Origin: Chrysomallon squamiferum
Taxonomy: Eukaryota > Animalia > Mollusca
Direction: 5' to 3'
Assembly: GCA_012295275.1 (NCBI GenBank)
Contig: CM022671.1
Span: 15,066,001-15,130,000 of the forward strand
Length of the DNA stretch: 64,000 nucleotides
Position 1 is the first letter of the stretch. Each line of letters opens with the position of its first letter. Shown here in pieces: positions 41,301-56,300 of this stretch. The position numbers were made by a program, and so were the translations under genes. Below the pieces are notes generated by a model. It was not told where the DNA came from, did no database searches, and saw nothing but the letters and a program-made list of their open reading frames with translations.

Positions 41301-44300
41301 CTTTCCCAATACTGGATTTATGCAAAAATAATAATCTTTAATACTACTCAGTTTAAAGTAATTCAATTTGAAAAATTTTGTATTCTCCTAAAAGTTACCA
41401 GGTACAAGAAAATCTCCCAGTTTTGCCAAAAGCAAGCTGACTATTCTTGCTGGGGTGTCTGTAACAGGTTCTGCATTGCTCCAGTGTGCACTGTATATAT
41501 CATGTCCCCATGCTGGGAGTTCAATGTCTTCACAATCCAGACATGTTAGAAGTGGTAAAGCAACACGACACAGCTGTAGAATTATCAGAACCAGTTTTGG
41601 TGAAGGTCTGAAAATTATAAAGTGACAGCATCATCACTGACATGTAGCTCTATTTGAATTACGTTGTTGAACATCTCAAAACAATAGTAAAGACTTTTTA
41701 AATTTATTATTTCTTTATACATATATTTTATTTAAAAACCAAAATGATGGATTCACTTAAATTAAAATGATCCTCCAGTAAAATTAGATCTGCAGCATTA
41801 TCCTGAATTAAGATAAATATAACAAGAATTTCAAAACCATAAATTGACATTTAAAATATATTTTAATTATATCAACAATACCTTTGATCAAGTAACAATG
41901 ACAAGAGTTTGGATACACAGGCTGGCTGACTCAGAATAGCTTTACCCATGCGACTCCTGAAAGCAATATTATAATTTTTAATTATTATGTAGACCATGCA
42001 CTAAATTATGCTTTTGAAAAAAATTATTATTTAAGAAATAAATAAACACCAAAAAATGTATTATAACTTGAATTACTTACTGTTTGTTCCTTTTTTATAG
42101 ATCAGTGTTAACTGAATATAATACATCATTTTAAAATCACTATATTCATTTTAAAATAAAAATAACTAAATTAGTACTTTGATGAAAATGTCTTTTCACA
42201 AAACCCTTTGTAAATAATTCTGTTTCCAAGATAAAAGCATAAACTTAAATAAGACTATCTATGCAGTAGTGATTAAATACAATCACCTGGATAAATTATT
42301 CAGGAGACCTAGGACATCTTGCAGTGCTTCTGTGCTGGCTGCTTCATTGGTGGCACCCTCTGTTGCTCTTGTGAGATAATGAGTTAAAAGTGTGGAAACT
42401 TGTCGTGCTAGTCCTGAATGTTCCAACTCATCCAGATCAGATCCTGTAAAAAGTTAAAATGATATAATAAAACAAAATAAAAATATACTTTTAATAATAT
42501 ACTTCTCATTTTTCATCCAGATTAAGTCAAAATTTGACTAGTATTTGACCTTTTGGTGAAGTTCCAAAAATTATACAAACAATTCAGTTTTCATTTAAAC
42601 TTTAAAAGATCATCAAGTTGATGTTGACAATAACAAAAACATTTTGCCATTTGTGTATCAGCTTATGACTTCTTTTCCCTTCACCTTCAATAATTAATTT
42701 TTTTCACATAGACCAGAAGAGATATTCAAATGTTTTTGCTTTTATTAGCTGTACCCAGTTTTCATATCACAGTGTCTATTACAATGAATACATTAAAATA
42801 GCATTGCTGCATTAAAGCATAAAAGAAATAACATTATTCACCATAACATTAGGATAATAAGCAAAATAATGTGAAACATGTAAAATGAACATTTAAAAAA
42901 ATATATATAGTTAATTTGTTTTTGTTTATTTAATATGAGAAATTAGGAACATTACCATCCTCAGCCTCCCATGTAACACAGCGGCTAGCTAGAACCTGGA
43001 AACCTGCCCATGCCATTGTGGCCACTCGCTGGGCTGTTGTCTGACTTTCTCTAGAGTGACTGTCAGTGCGCTGACTGACTGTTCCACACAACTGATCCAG
43101 TAAGTTAACAAGACCTGACCACACCAGACATCTTTCTTCAGCCCTAAATATTGACAAAATCCAATTAGTTTTCCTACTGAACCAGAATGTAAAATAAAGA
43201 AAACATATATATAGATATAAAAGCAACAACGATTCAACAATAATACAACATAAAAGAAGCAAAATATTACAGACAACAAAAATAATGAAGAAACATTAAG
43301 AATTTTAATATTTCTTTATTTTGTCACTGTTCATTAATCACAGAGAGACAGATGTAGGGGTGTTGGTTAAACTCAAATTTATTTTCAATTCAAAGCCTGT
43401 AAGAGGAAGATGTACCTGGTGTATGGAACAGTACAAAGCAAGGTAATACTGTTACAGCAAGCAACTCTACTCTGTGCTGCCAACTCCACAACGTTTGTCA
43501 TTGTATCCATGAAGGCTTCTCGGACTTGATCAACCATTCCTCCACAAGTCAGCTGCTCAGCTCTAAACAAAAAATATTAACTCATAAAAATGCTATCGGC
43601 ATACAAGTAATATCTTAGTTTATTAGGCAATCAGCAATTACAAAATTTAAATTAAAAAGTGCATCCTTTATCTAATCATACCATACTAATTTGAACTATT
43701 CATTTGTTTAACCATATTCAGTTTGGTTATTTTCTATAACCAAACAAGATGCAAATATAAAATGTCTGACACCAACTGTGCTTCAGATATCTGATAGAAA
43801 TTTTAAGAAATGAATTCAGTGATGAAAATAATATGTAGTACAAATTCACCGACCTGAGAATCAGGTGAATTTCTGAGCAACACATTTCTATTGGAATGAT
43901 ACTTTATAACATTTATCTTAAGTAGTTATAAAAGACCTTAAAAAAAGATAATTTTCATATCAGCTGTATACAATTATCATCCCGTTTGATAAAATTTTTA
44001 ACCATATTATCAACAAAAAACAAATATATATATATAGAGATATTAAATGTGAATGGATATTTCTTACTGTGGTCCAAATCTAAGCACAGATGTGACAGCA
44101 GAAACAAGGTGAGTGGCTCCTCCTATTTTCCCAGCATCAGACAAAAGACTCTTCATATAAAACAAAGCTTGCTGACGAGATACACCTCTTTGCCATCTGA
44201 CCTCAGCTGCTTTCAGGAATTTATCACAGGATATCTGAAATGGAATAAAGTCAGATTTGTTCTGAACTTCAGCGGCAGACATTTTTTTGTAATAAACTTG

Positions 44301-47300
44301 ACTCTACACCAGTTATTTAGATTTCATCATGTCTGTTCAAACAGAAGATTTAAATTAACAGGTATCAAAGTCATGATATTGTTTTGAACTTACTGCTTTC
44401 TCAGGATCACTGCCAATAAATGCAAACAGCTGATCTATCAGTACTACATGAGTCGGTCTATTCTCAGAGTTGTCTTCAACTAAGTCTTGAAATATGGATG
44501 TAGGTCCTCTTTTTCTTGCTTGTCTCTGTCTGTTGTTAATTAAAAAATATACAAGATATGAAGTGAAAACAAAATGTCAATAACTGGACAAAACTGTATG
44601 TCAGATTCTTAAGTAATAATTTTATTTTCTTGTTGTCTAGAGTATGTCAACTAAATATCCTTAATAACAACTCTTATATGAATATATTTACTTTACAGTT
44701 AACTTTATTTTTTAACACTTAATTTCCTTGGTATTACAGCTACTTCAATTATTTCAGCTATAAATAAATAAATAAATAAATAATTAAATAAAAATGTATA
44801 TATAAAGAAAAGACTACATGAATACTTGTTTTTAAAGTGTATCTGTGGAACAATGGTATAATGGCTTAAATATACTGTCTCTACTTCAGTCTCATAGTTG
44901 AATTTGTATCCTATGGCCAATAAATGTTAAAAAGCCAACCAGTATAACAATAAATGATGAATTTAGATGTTACAGCACACTTCCAACATAAATTTAAATA
45001 AAATAAATGATCAAGTACAATTTGGAAAGTACAGCTTGGGATTTACAAATAACAAATTAAAAATACAGAGAAAAATTGAATATAAAATGTTGAATAAAGA
45101 AGACAAGACTTAAAGAAAGCAATCAGCAAAAGAAAACAAACATCATTTGAAGTGATCATATTAAATCTTTTTTTTTTAAAATGACATAAGGACAACCTAT
45201 TTGAATAGTTTACTTCTTTGATAAATGCCATTATGGTGATGGCTTATGTACACATGATTATAAATTCAGATCCCCAAAACTCTATAACAAAATCATCAAA
45301 TGATCTCCCATTGCTAATATTCTCTTTCTGTAGTGTCATTTTTTGCCAAATACAAATGCAATAAAAGATGGAAGTATAGGCAATGTATTTAAGCATTATT
45401 TCACTGTTCTACAGGTACGCTTTAAATTACCTAACCTCTGCAATTTCAGGACTTCCACAACAGAATCATCATCAACTCCTGATGGTGCTGAAAGACTTCT
45501 GCCTAGTGATGATGGTGGTCGCAGGACATCTGTATCAGAATGTATCATCACATTTGGTACTAAAATGGAAATATAAAGTATGACAACTAAATTTAAGAGC
45601 AAACAGAATTAAAAATATTTGGAAAAAATTAAATACTGAAATTATATTTTTTGTCTTATTTTAATCCAAAATATTTCTCTGAAATGAATGTTGCCCTTCT
45701 CTACCAAAATAATAAAACAGTAAATCATCTCAGGTAATAATAGCCACTGTCAGAATTCAATTCATATGACTACATTCAAAAAATTTTATCAACAGTTAAT
45801 AACAAACATTTCCTTTTCTATCCTGTGATAAATGGTTTAACATTTAATAAACAATAAATAATAACCACCTTGCTGAGAGACAGTTCCATAATTTGACACA
45901 GAGCGACACATGGAGCTTGATGCAGAATGATCCACAGGTGCTATGTTGACATTGAGCAAAAGATCAAGATGTCCAAGTATTCCATCCACAACCTGTTTTG
46001 TCTTTTCCATTGCTGGCCTGTCTCCCTTTTCTGAGCAACTTTCAGTATCCAGCTTAGCCCTGAGACAAAAACATGAACTAATTTTATATCTCTTTCCACA
46101 GAGTATTAGTTTAATAGACATTTGATTTTAAAACTAATACACTTAAATTAAATACGTCTAATAATCAACTTTAAGAACAGATACAATTAACTGAAAACTA
46201 CTACTGGAAAAGAACAGTTGTAATAATAACAAAATACCAGTATTTACATATTTTTTGTGAAGTGTAGTTTTTAATTTTTTTAATAATAAAACCATGCCTC
46301 ATTACATTAAGAAAACAGTTATCAGAATGATTATAATACTCTTTATGATATTTTTGTTAAATTAATCTTATTTGAACTTACATCAATGCCTTCACTGCAG
46401 CTTCAGAATCATTTAGATCAAGAGGTATATCTTTTAGATAGCACAGCATTGCCAGCTCTTTCTGTTTCATCTGTAATGAATATACACATGTCTATCATTT
46501 TACTCTATCTCACAATGCAATATAAAAATTCTTCATTTTTCCTTTAATGATCACCTCAAAATTATCATCTAACTGTACGTATTAGGTTTTGATAATTTGT
46601 TGTGGTTGGTGTTGTTAACATCATCATCAATTTAAATAAATGTGAAAATGCAAAATATAAAACACTGATATTAACTGTCTGACTATAGCAGGTGGAAATG
46701 TAACCTAATGTTACATCAGCCAACAAATGGCTCAGGCAAACTTTCATAAACTGATATATCACACTGTTTAACTTATTAGGAAATAATAATAAAATTTAAA
46801 AAAACAAAAAAACCTGGAAATATTTTGCTAAAAAAAGTTTTTTTTTTTGAAATTTTAAGGAAAGCATTTCTGCTTGAAAACTATTACAGAACATAGAAAT
46901 TATTCTCAGCAATTACCATCTGATTTCTGAAGAATTTACAATCAGTGAAATCCATAAATGACTGGGACACAAATTACATTTCAACTGTCAATACATTTTT
47001 TATATGAAATACTGACAACAAAAATGTATCATTTGTCTGCATAAATGAGAAAAAAGTATGAAAAAGAAATGTCTTTCGCATATAACAGCAATTAACTGAA
47101 CAAAATTTTCTGTCACCAGCCCATGGCCCATGCAAGTTTTTTCTTTTTTATTAAATTAATCCATTAAGAAAATGTTTTAAGCAGTAACCATAAATATTTG
47201 AAATTGTTATTTACTTAATTTACATAATAAAGGATGAACATGTCAGTTTTAAAATAACAAAAAAAAAAAAAAAAAAAATAGTAATAATAATAATGATGAT

Positions 47301-50300
47301 TATCATTATTATTTTTGAAAAATCAATATTGAATAAACAATTTACCTCATGCAAATGAAAATCATGGAAAAATGGTTGCATATTTAGGTTAGCTTCTTGA
47401 TGTCGTTCCACAATTTCATTATGCCATCTTTGTTCCAAGTCTGCCAAACTCTGAAAGTTGTAAGATTATTAAAGTGTTTAACCAGAACACCATGGTGTGT
47501 TTTGATAATGAGTTGTATTTAAAAAAATAATAATACCTAAAAGAAAAGTTGTTGTGTTGTTAATTCAGACTACAAAAACAGAATAGTCTCACCTACTTCT
47601 TCTACAATCAATAAAAACTTGGTTTACAATGAAAAATTAATTTGATTAAAAAATGTTTTTTTTTTGTTTTTTTTTGCCATTTGATCATTTTGTTTATTTA
47701 TACTGAAAGTGTTCAAAATCATGTAGATGATTTCCTAACCTGCAGCTGTCTGACCAGTGCATCAAGACGACGGAACACTTCATCCACTACCAAATTCAAC
47801 AAAGCTGTTTCTTCTTCATGGCCTGGAGTTGTGGGCTTGCCTAGGTGTGACACAGTTTCAGACAGAGACAAGTGTTTTATCACTACTGACAACAGTCGCT
47901 CCTCTAGACTTGCTAGCTCCAGAACTTCTCTTATGTAACAAACAAGAGACAAGACACTTGAGATTAAACATGTCTACAATGTAGTAAATTAACCTAATAT
48001 CACATTTTGTTTGTTATGCATTCAATAGGTACATATTTTCACTATAGCTAATATAAAAAATTAAAAAGGTTTTATGTGTAATATTCCAGTTATTTCAATT
48101 ACAAATAATTATTTGTGTTTCAGGGAAACAATACATCCCAAACAAAGTACCAAGCAAACTTCAGCATAATCATAAAACATTATCTTATTAAATGATTTTG
48201 TGACAAATGGAACAAAACGATATTTCCATAATGGTAATAGGACCTACTTGATACTCTGTCTTAACCGTGGTGGTTGTCTTTTTGATATTGCTCTTAGTTT
48301 AGCTATGATCTCATTGGGAAGTTTAATCCTGGCTAGAGACAGCTTGCTCTCAAATTTTGATTTACTGGTTGGGAAAAGTGTTGTATCCGATTCTGATTTC
48401 CATACACATCTAAAATAAAATGCAATATTCTACTTTATAAATTCTATTTAAACAAAAATATCTCCGTTAGTAAATTACAAATAAGAGTATTCATACTTTT
48501 ATGTTAAAAATGATATGATTTTGAACGTCTATTATATGAAAACAAAATGCTGTTTGGGGATTTAAATTTTCATATATTTTACAAATCTTTAAATATGGAT
48601 CTTTCATTTTTTTTCAATTGGAATTTTTGAATAATTAATATTTCCAATTCTTACAAACACAAAATTATAAAAGAAAAATAATTTCATCCTCAGTGGCATA
48701 CAATTATATGCTAACCTTTGAAGAAGCTTTGATTTAAGAAGCCGTCTACAAGCAATTTCTTCAATGGTTTCCTGAGGTCCCTGATACAGAACCATAAGCA
48801 TAGCTCTCAGTAACGATGAAATTGCTAGTGTCAAGTCAACAAGAAATGGCAGACCACCAGACACATCTTCAGGTGATTCCTTTATTCAAAAAAAAAAAAA
48901 AAAAAAAAAAAATTCTTGAATTATATTTAAGACCCCTATATTAATAATAACAAAAAATATATTTTTCATTGTTATATTTTAGCAATTCTGCAGAAAAGAG
49001 AAAGAAAAAACATTATTTTACTTTTGACAAATAATACAATTCATTAGATCAGGCTGTCAGATATAATGAGATTGTTATGAAAATTACTGCTCTGGAAATT
49101 TTCAGTGTTTTAAATTTTGTGGTTCAGTTAGCTAGAAGAGTTTAAACATTTTTTATTTCAAGGTTTGGTGATTTAAAATATATATGATCAATGTGGGACT
49201 TTCTCATGGCTTATGACTGTACCGGCATGGCAAAAATAACAGCACCTAAAACTCAGTAACTGATTTCATACAGTATTATATTTAGTTAACATATTTAAAA
49301 TTTTGTATTTCAGTTATATGAATTTACATTATAAATAATTATAAACACAATACTTCATGTGAGAAAGATCAATTAGAACAGAATACATTTAAGTCAAAAC
49401 AATCAAGTGAACTGTTGTAGAAATCTGAAACAAAATTATTTTATCTTGTTAACAACCTGAGCTCTAACAGTTACGAGAAATCCCCACATGGCTTTGTCAG
49501 GTGTGTTGTGTTCTCGACCACTCCTCATTTCAAATGAAAATGTCACTGTGTCACCTTCAACCTGCAATTAGAAACAATTAACTTTTAAAAGATGTTATTT
49601 ATTATTATAGTCATTTTCACACTAATCGTTGAGCTTTGAGTATAAAAACATTAATCTAGCCAAGGACAAAATAATGTGTACAAATGTTATTTTAAACTTT
49701 AACCAAAAATTATTACAGAATAATAAAATCTAGGATGATTTCATATTCAAACAAAAAGTGCAACCTTCACCAGGTCTCTTGGCCATCCTGATCCAAGAAC
49801 ACATCGACTGCCAAATCCATATGTATTCCCACCGTATTCTGCAACCTTTTTAGAACTTGTGTTAGGTCCAGCATACACAATCAACTGAAAATAAACCTTT
49901 TTAAATTACTACAAAATGTGAATTTTTCATTACAGATACTGCTTTCTATCCATGGCCAAATGTTTCACTCTCATGGTTCATAGCGACATGAAACTAATGA
50001 AATCTTAAATAAGTGTTTTTGATAAGTGGATCCAGTATTAAAATAAAAAGATAATTTTGAAACTGTATCCAAGAAAAAAATTAAAAACTGTATTACCATT
50101 AGCAGTTTCAGAATTACATTAATGTATAATTAACAAAATTCAAAACAATAACATGACATTTAAGTTAACCTGAAATTAAAAAGCCAAAATATCTAACCTT
50201 GTCATAGTCATACTGTGATGATGAATTTGGATCAAATCTCAAATAGAGACAGCGAGCTCCAGGGATATGAACTGTCTCCTTGAATTTGTAATTGTCCCTC

Positions 50301-53300
50301 ACTGGGTGGATGGTTTCCACTGTTTTGCCAGAGGCCCACGGTGCAGGAATCTTCAAACCTTTAAGCAAATCCAAGTGAATCTCTTCACTGGCTGAGCTAA
50401 ATAAAGACAAATTAATTGGGGAAAATGTACAATTATGCCAAAAAATAAATATATTAAGATACAGTTTTAAAATAAATGTGCAATTGAAATTTAAAACTAT
50501 TTCACTGTTATAACTCAAGCTTCAGTTCCATGCACACTTAATTTATTAATAACTGATTAATCAATCAGTAACTTTGGTTATAAACTTAAGATTTCAGTGG
50601 GAAAAAAAATGGACAATTTTAGATAACACATAAAAAAACCCACACATGTCAATCCCACATAAAAATGTACCCTCATAATAATATACACAAACTTAATAAA
50701 TATTTGTAGCCATTGTTTTTCAGATCAACTTTAAATAATTAAAATTGGTTGTTTTAAGGTGTTAAAAATATGGTATTTTTAAAATTTTCTTTTGGATTTC
50801 CTTTGTTTATTGGGTTATCTACAGTTATCACATCATCTTCAGATAAATGTTCCTCCTAATTAGCTGTAACATGCAGTCACTGACATAATTCTGAGATCAA
50901 TCTGGCATTGTTATTTTTCTTAAATGAAGGATGCCAATAAACTGGTGCATCTAAATAAAAGCATTTACTAAAAATTATTTTTAGTGAAAAAATTAAAAAT
51001 ATGAAGAATGTATTTAAATATTTTCTAGATTTTGATATGACTTAGTTCAGCTGAGATAACCAGTTTCTGCTCAGACATCTATCTTACTTGAAAAAACAAA
51101 TACCGTGTTTGGCATATATTTTCTCCAATCAGGCCAATCATATCTGTTTCAGATCCAATGTCAATTTCATTGTCCATCACAGACTCCAGCTGACTTTTAA
51201 TAATTCCTGCTGCCTGAAACAAGAATATGGCTTTTATTTCAGTTTTCATTATCTGTCTCTTTTTATGTTGAATCATCAAAACATAAATTTTATGACATTT
51301 TATTTCATGTCATATACCAAAATGTTACAAAAACCAGATGATTTACATTTTATTGTTTTAATTTTACCTCATCAATAACCATACTAAATACCAAACGAGT
51401 CTTTATTAATGATTGTTAAAGAACAAATATCAAACCTGACTTGACAGTATGACTAATCTACTGATGAGAGGAATGAGCTTTCTGGCAAGAAGTAAAACAT
51501 GCAACTTGGGATGAGTCATGGCTGTAACCAGAGTTGGCAACAGATGGCCAAGAACTGTTCCTTTTGCCAATCTCTCCAATCCAGAGAATCGAACTTCAAA
51601 CTCATCTCCATATTCAGACACAACAGTTCTACAAGTGTTTAAAAATGTTTCCATCACCTGAACAAAAAACATTTAAAAATATAATTAGTTAATACATAAA
51701 CATGGATTAAAAAAATTATACAACATAATAAAATAATTATACTTTAAAAATAAATAATATAAAATGAAATGTATTATAACATACCTCACAAATTCCATTG
51801 ACAACTTTGACAGAAAGTCTTGCAACAGAATCTTGTAATTCCTGCAATGATATTTTAATGATTATAGTAAGAAATAATCACATTATTACCTTCTAAATAG
51901 TCATGTATACACTTTTAACTTATCAAAAAGCATTAGAAGAGAATATATAAGCCAGTCATTTTAGTTTTCACATTATGAAGGACTATGTGATAAATAATAA
52001 ACATCTGAAGATTTGTCTTTATTCACCTGCTGAAATAAGATAGTATTTCTTTAAACATTATTAAATTTAAAAGGATATTTTTTATTTAAATAATAATAAT
52101 AAAAAAAGGTTTAAGAATACCTTAATTTGATCTTCTTGATTTGATTTGTCCTGTCCTTTTTCCACTTTATCAGAGAGTACAACTTCTCGTAGCAGAAATG
52201 ACTGAAGAGCTGCTAAGTAACGTACACAGGGAGAAGCATGCTGAAAAATAACAATTAGTACTTCAGATTCAGGTTAATTTATTAAATTAGGTAAGTTTAA
52301 GTAATTAAATTGTTTAAAGACAAAAGCAACAACAAAAAAACAATAATTAAATTTACTGTCTACCAATTAAATATTTTCATTAGCATTATTCCATTTTTCT
52401 CAGTGGCAAAAAGATAATAACAGTGAACATGAACAATGTGAGTCAGTATTAACACTCAAGTTATCATAAAGACATATATGCTGCCACTGTCACAACATAT
52501 TAAGAAAAGAAAAATTCAGTTTATGCCTGACAGTAGCAACAAAGCAGAGATTTTTTTCACAACCATTATCATGGTATTCAGTTAAATCCCTGAGACTTAT
52601 TTATTAATCAGTGAAATGCTAGATGAAACTTTGTACTTATGTAAACATTTTCAAAATTTTGAAATCTAAGCACTCACAGGAACCTCATAGAGAAGTTCAT
52701 CAAAATGAGCACTGTTCACTAAACTTGCTTTCTGCAGCATAACACAGGATTCTTTCACAGCCTGCTTGATAATCAACTGTACCAGATCATCATTCAATCT
52801 GAAAACAATTAACAGCTGCCAAATCATAATGCATTGATTAAGTAAGATATTTGTAATTAAAATTGTCATTAGTATAGTTTTCTGTACAAATAATTACATT
52901 TTTTTTTTTTTTTTTTTTTTTAAATTAAAAATAAAATAAAATAAAATAAAATAAAATATTTAAATAGAATAGAAGCTTTTGGATGTGATACTTCAATGCT
53001 GTATTTGTATATAAAAGGTTCATGTTAAAAAATACAGTTTCATCCTGTGAAAATTTCCATTTAAAACAAAAAATAATGCTATGGCTTGATGTTAATTTAT
53101 AGATAAAGTATCATTTTATTATCTTCCAAAAGTGAAATAAATGATTAAGAAAAATCATAAATAACTTGTTGAAATATAATAGTAAATATACCTGAGATAT
53201 TCAGAATCTGAAGAAAATGCTATTTGTGACTTTAGTTGATCAGCAAAGTCATTTAGAATGAAGTCTCGCAGGCTGTGCAGTGTCTTATTCTGACCACCTG

Positions 53301-56300
53301 AATGTCATTAAAAAAAATCATAGATTTAATTTGCCTAATTATTTTGATCTACTTGCTTTTGTGAAACAATTCTGGAAAAATATCGTACACAAACACACAC
53401 ACCAAGAAAATAATATTTTGATAGCTGACTCACAGGTAAGCAGCTGATACATCAGTTTATGACGTTCACTGTTGCTGGCATAGAGTGTCATCAGACCTAT
53501 TGACACAGCGTGGGCTGCTTCTTGGTGGATAACATTGAAACCAGAATCTTCTTTCTTGCTGTCCTCAACAACATAGTCAGTCAGCAAATGCCACAACAGC
53601 ACACTGTAAACGGAATCATTTTTCAAAAGACAAACAAAAGAAGATGTAAACCAGAATCAGATAAAATAGTGTGATAAATCTATACATAAAATAAAACAAC
53701 ATTTTTGTTTAAAAATATAAAAAGAAATAGCAAACAGAGGAAAGTCAGTATTAAAATTTTACATTTTTAAACAAAGAAAAGACAAGTTAAATATACTAGT
53801 GACAGAAAAAAAAAAAAACATTATCTCTCAAAGACATTTATACTCACCGACATTTTTCTAGTAAGTTTTCATCGTACTCAAGTGGTGATTTTATTGTCGA
53901 TACCTTGAACAAAATCTGAAAAAGATGAAATTGAAATTAAGTAAAAAGTTAAAGAAAAACAAAAGGATTCAGCAATAGACAATGCTTTTTTTAAGTACTT
54001 TAAATTACAAAGCAATAATAAAAACTGCAGAATTAATCATTAGTATTTCTCAAATAATAACTCAAGTACTTTTAATTTTAAAAATAACACAACTGCAGAC
54101 CTGAATAATGAACAAACAACAGATGACGATATGATTGTCCTGATTACTGATTGCTGTGTCAAGAATATCAGTAACTCTTTTCAGATGTATTTGTTCGTTT
54201 GAGTGTTGCTGTAGCAGGTACACTGCCAGTGAAGACGACAGTATGTCACTTTTCAGCTGCTGAAGACATGTGCTGCTGACATGGTAAAGCAGCAGACGTG
54301 CAATGTCTGTCAGTGCCAAAGAATTGTTTGATTCTAAAAAATAAAATGAATAGATGTCAGATGGAAAATTACAAATTCTTATACAACAATAAAACAGGTT
54401 ATAGTTTCACATCTTTCAAAACTGTTTATTCACATCCAAGAAGTGACAGACTACCAGTAAATAATTTAAAAAAAAGACAATGTCAAAAATGAATTTCAAA
54501 TTGATTTTTAATACAAGAGATTTGTTAAAATCAGTCTGACCAAAGACTTCATGTCATGATTTAAAATCACAATTCTCTCACAACATTTGATTAAACCAGT
54601 TATTAACAAACAAAATGTTATGTTATTTAGAAAAGAAATTTAAGAATTAGTTAAAGAATATGATAAAACTCACCAGACGTTGTTGAAGGATTTTTGAGAA
54701 TAAGTGGAGAACCAAGGTGCCGCTTGACATTGTGGGAAGACAAATGTCCAGGATTTGAAAACTGGTCAATATATTCACAGCTACACATCCAAATCTGATT
54801 GTTCATGCTGTCATAGCACAGTCCTAGTATAAAATATTGCATTTAAATGTCTGTTTTACAAATGATAAATCATAAAATATGATAAATATTTGCATATTGA
54901 TAAAACAAATTGTAGTGGTGTAAGCTTATATCAGCCAAGTCAATTACAGCAATATTAAAATAGTTATCTGGGAACAGACAAAAAATTCTATCTATTTCTA
55001 TCTCTATCTAAAATGTAATAACAGTATGTAATAAATTGAAATTAATTTCATTAAACAACAGAAAATAAAAAATAAAAACATGCATCAACTACACTATTTT
55101 CCTCAAGATAATCAACATTTATCAATACAAAATAAATAACAAGTACAGGTACCTGAAAAAACATTATAAGAACATTATGTTTTAGGTCTGCATTCTTATA
55201 AAAAAATTAACAACCTGAATAACAAAATGATACTATCAGCAGCCACATTATGTCTAATTAACATATCTCATTCAAGCATAATGTATACAATCTTGTTTTT
55301 TAAGAATACTGTATTATTATAATGCTAAACTAATTTAGTATTATTCTCATAATGCTGTACTACATGGCATCCAAATATAACTTAATCTGGCTGTTTATCT
55401 GACAGTAAGAATTGCTGGTAATCACTAATGAAGGAACACAACCTATAACAAAAGAACTTATATCTGCACCTGTGAAATGTTTCAAAAATAATTTATAAAT
55501 TAGAGGCATGACTTGTTCATATTTATTTACAATATATTAATACTGCTCCAAAAAAATTAAAATATAAAGACTCCATATGGTTCTGCTAAGAAACAGTATT
55601 TTATTACCCATTATAGGTAAAAGAAATAGCGTACCTATCTTGTTTAGTGATGCTCCACTTGCTAAGGAACATGATGGTGCATCAACAAGATCAATTCTTG
55701 CAACAAACTGGCCATCTTTGACATTGAAACAAAGGTTACTGCCCAGTGCTGAAAAGATGTAAAATAATAATCAAGCAAAAAAGCAGGTATGTTTTGAGAG
55801 AAAAAGTGAATTTTTTTAAAAATATAACATTTTATTTTATTCGAAACATGCCATATTATTTCTGAAAAAAAAACCCAAGATATTTATAATTAATCATATA
55901 TAAACTTTCAAAGATAAACATAAATAAAAAAGTCCCAATTGAGGCAGAGCTTATGTAAGTAATTAAGAGTATTCTGAAAAAAATAATACTGAACAGATAT
56001 TTGACTGAAATGAATATTTAACTGTATTCAAGAGAAATAATAAAATATTTACATCTCAATCCTGAAAGACTGTTTCCACTGCCAAACAGAGATCTTGCTG
56101 CAGTGGAATTGGGTCCACTAAGTAGAGGACATAATACGACAAATGTTGTTCCATCACAAAAAGCAGGAGTTCGCATCAGATTCTTTACCTGAATACCACA
56201 TGAAGTACTTCCAGCAACAGCTGATCCTGATCAATGAAAGTTCAAATTCAAATTATCAAAAATAAAAACATCGAACAACCACCACAACATATTATTTTCT

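Noticed and set aside
43842-43872. Hairpin AAATTCACC...GGTGAATTT
   Set aside because: Short AT-rich stem with no Helitron CTRR end or other supporting structure.
50780-50950. Possible extra HECTD4 cassette exon
   Set aside because: The best acceptor leads to a stop in the required phase and no convincing donor was found.
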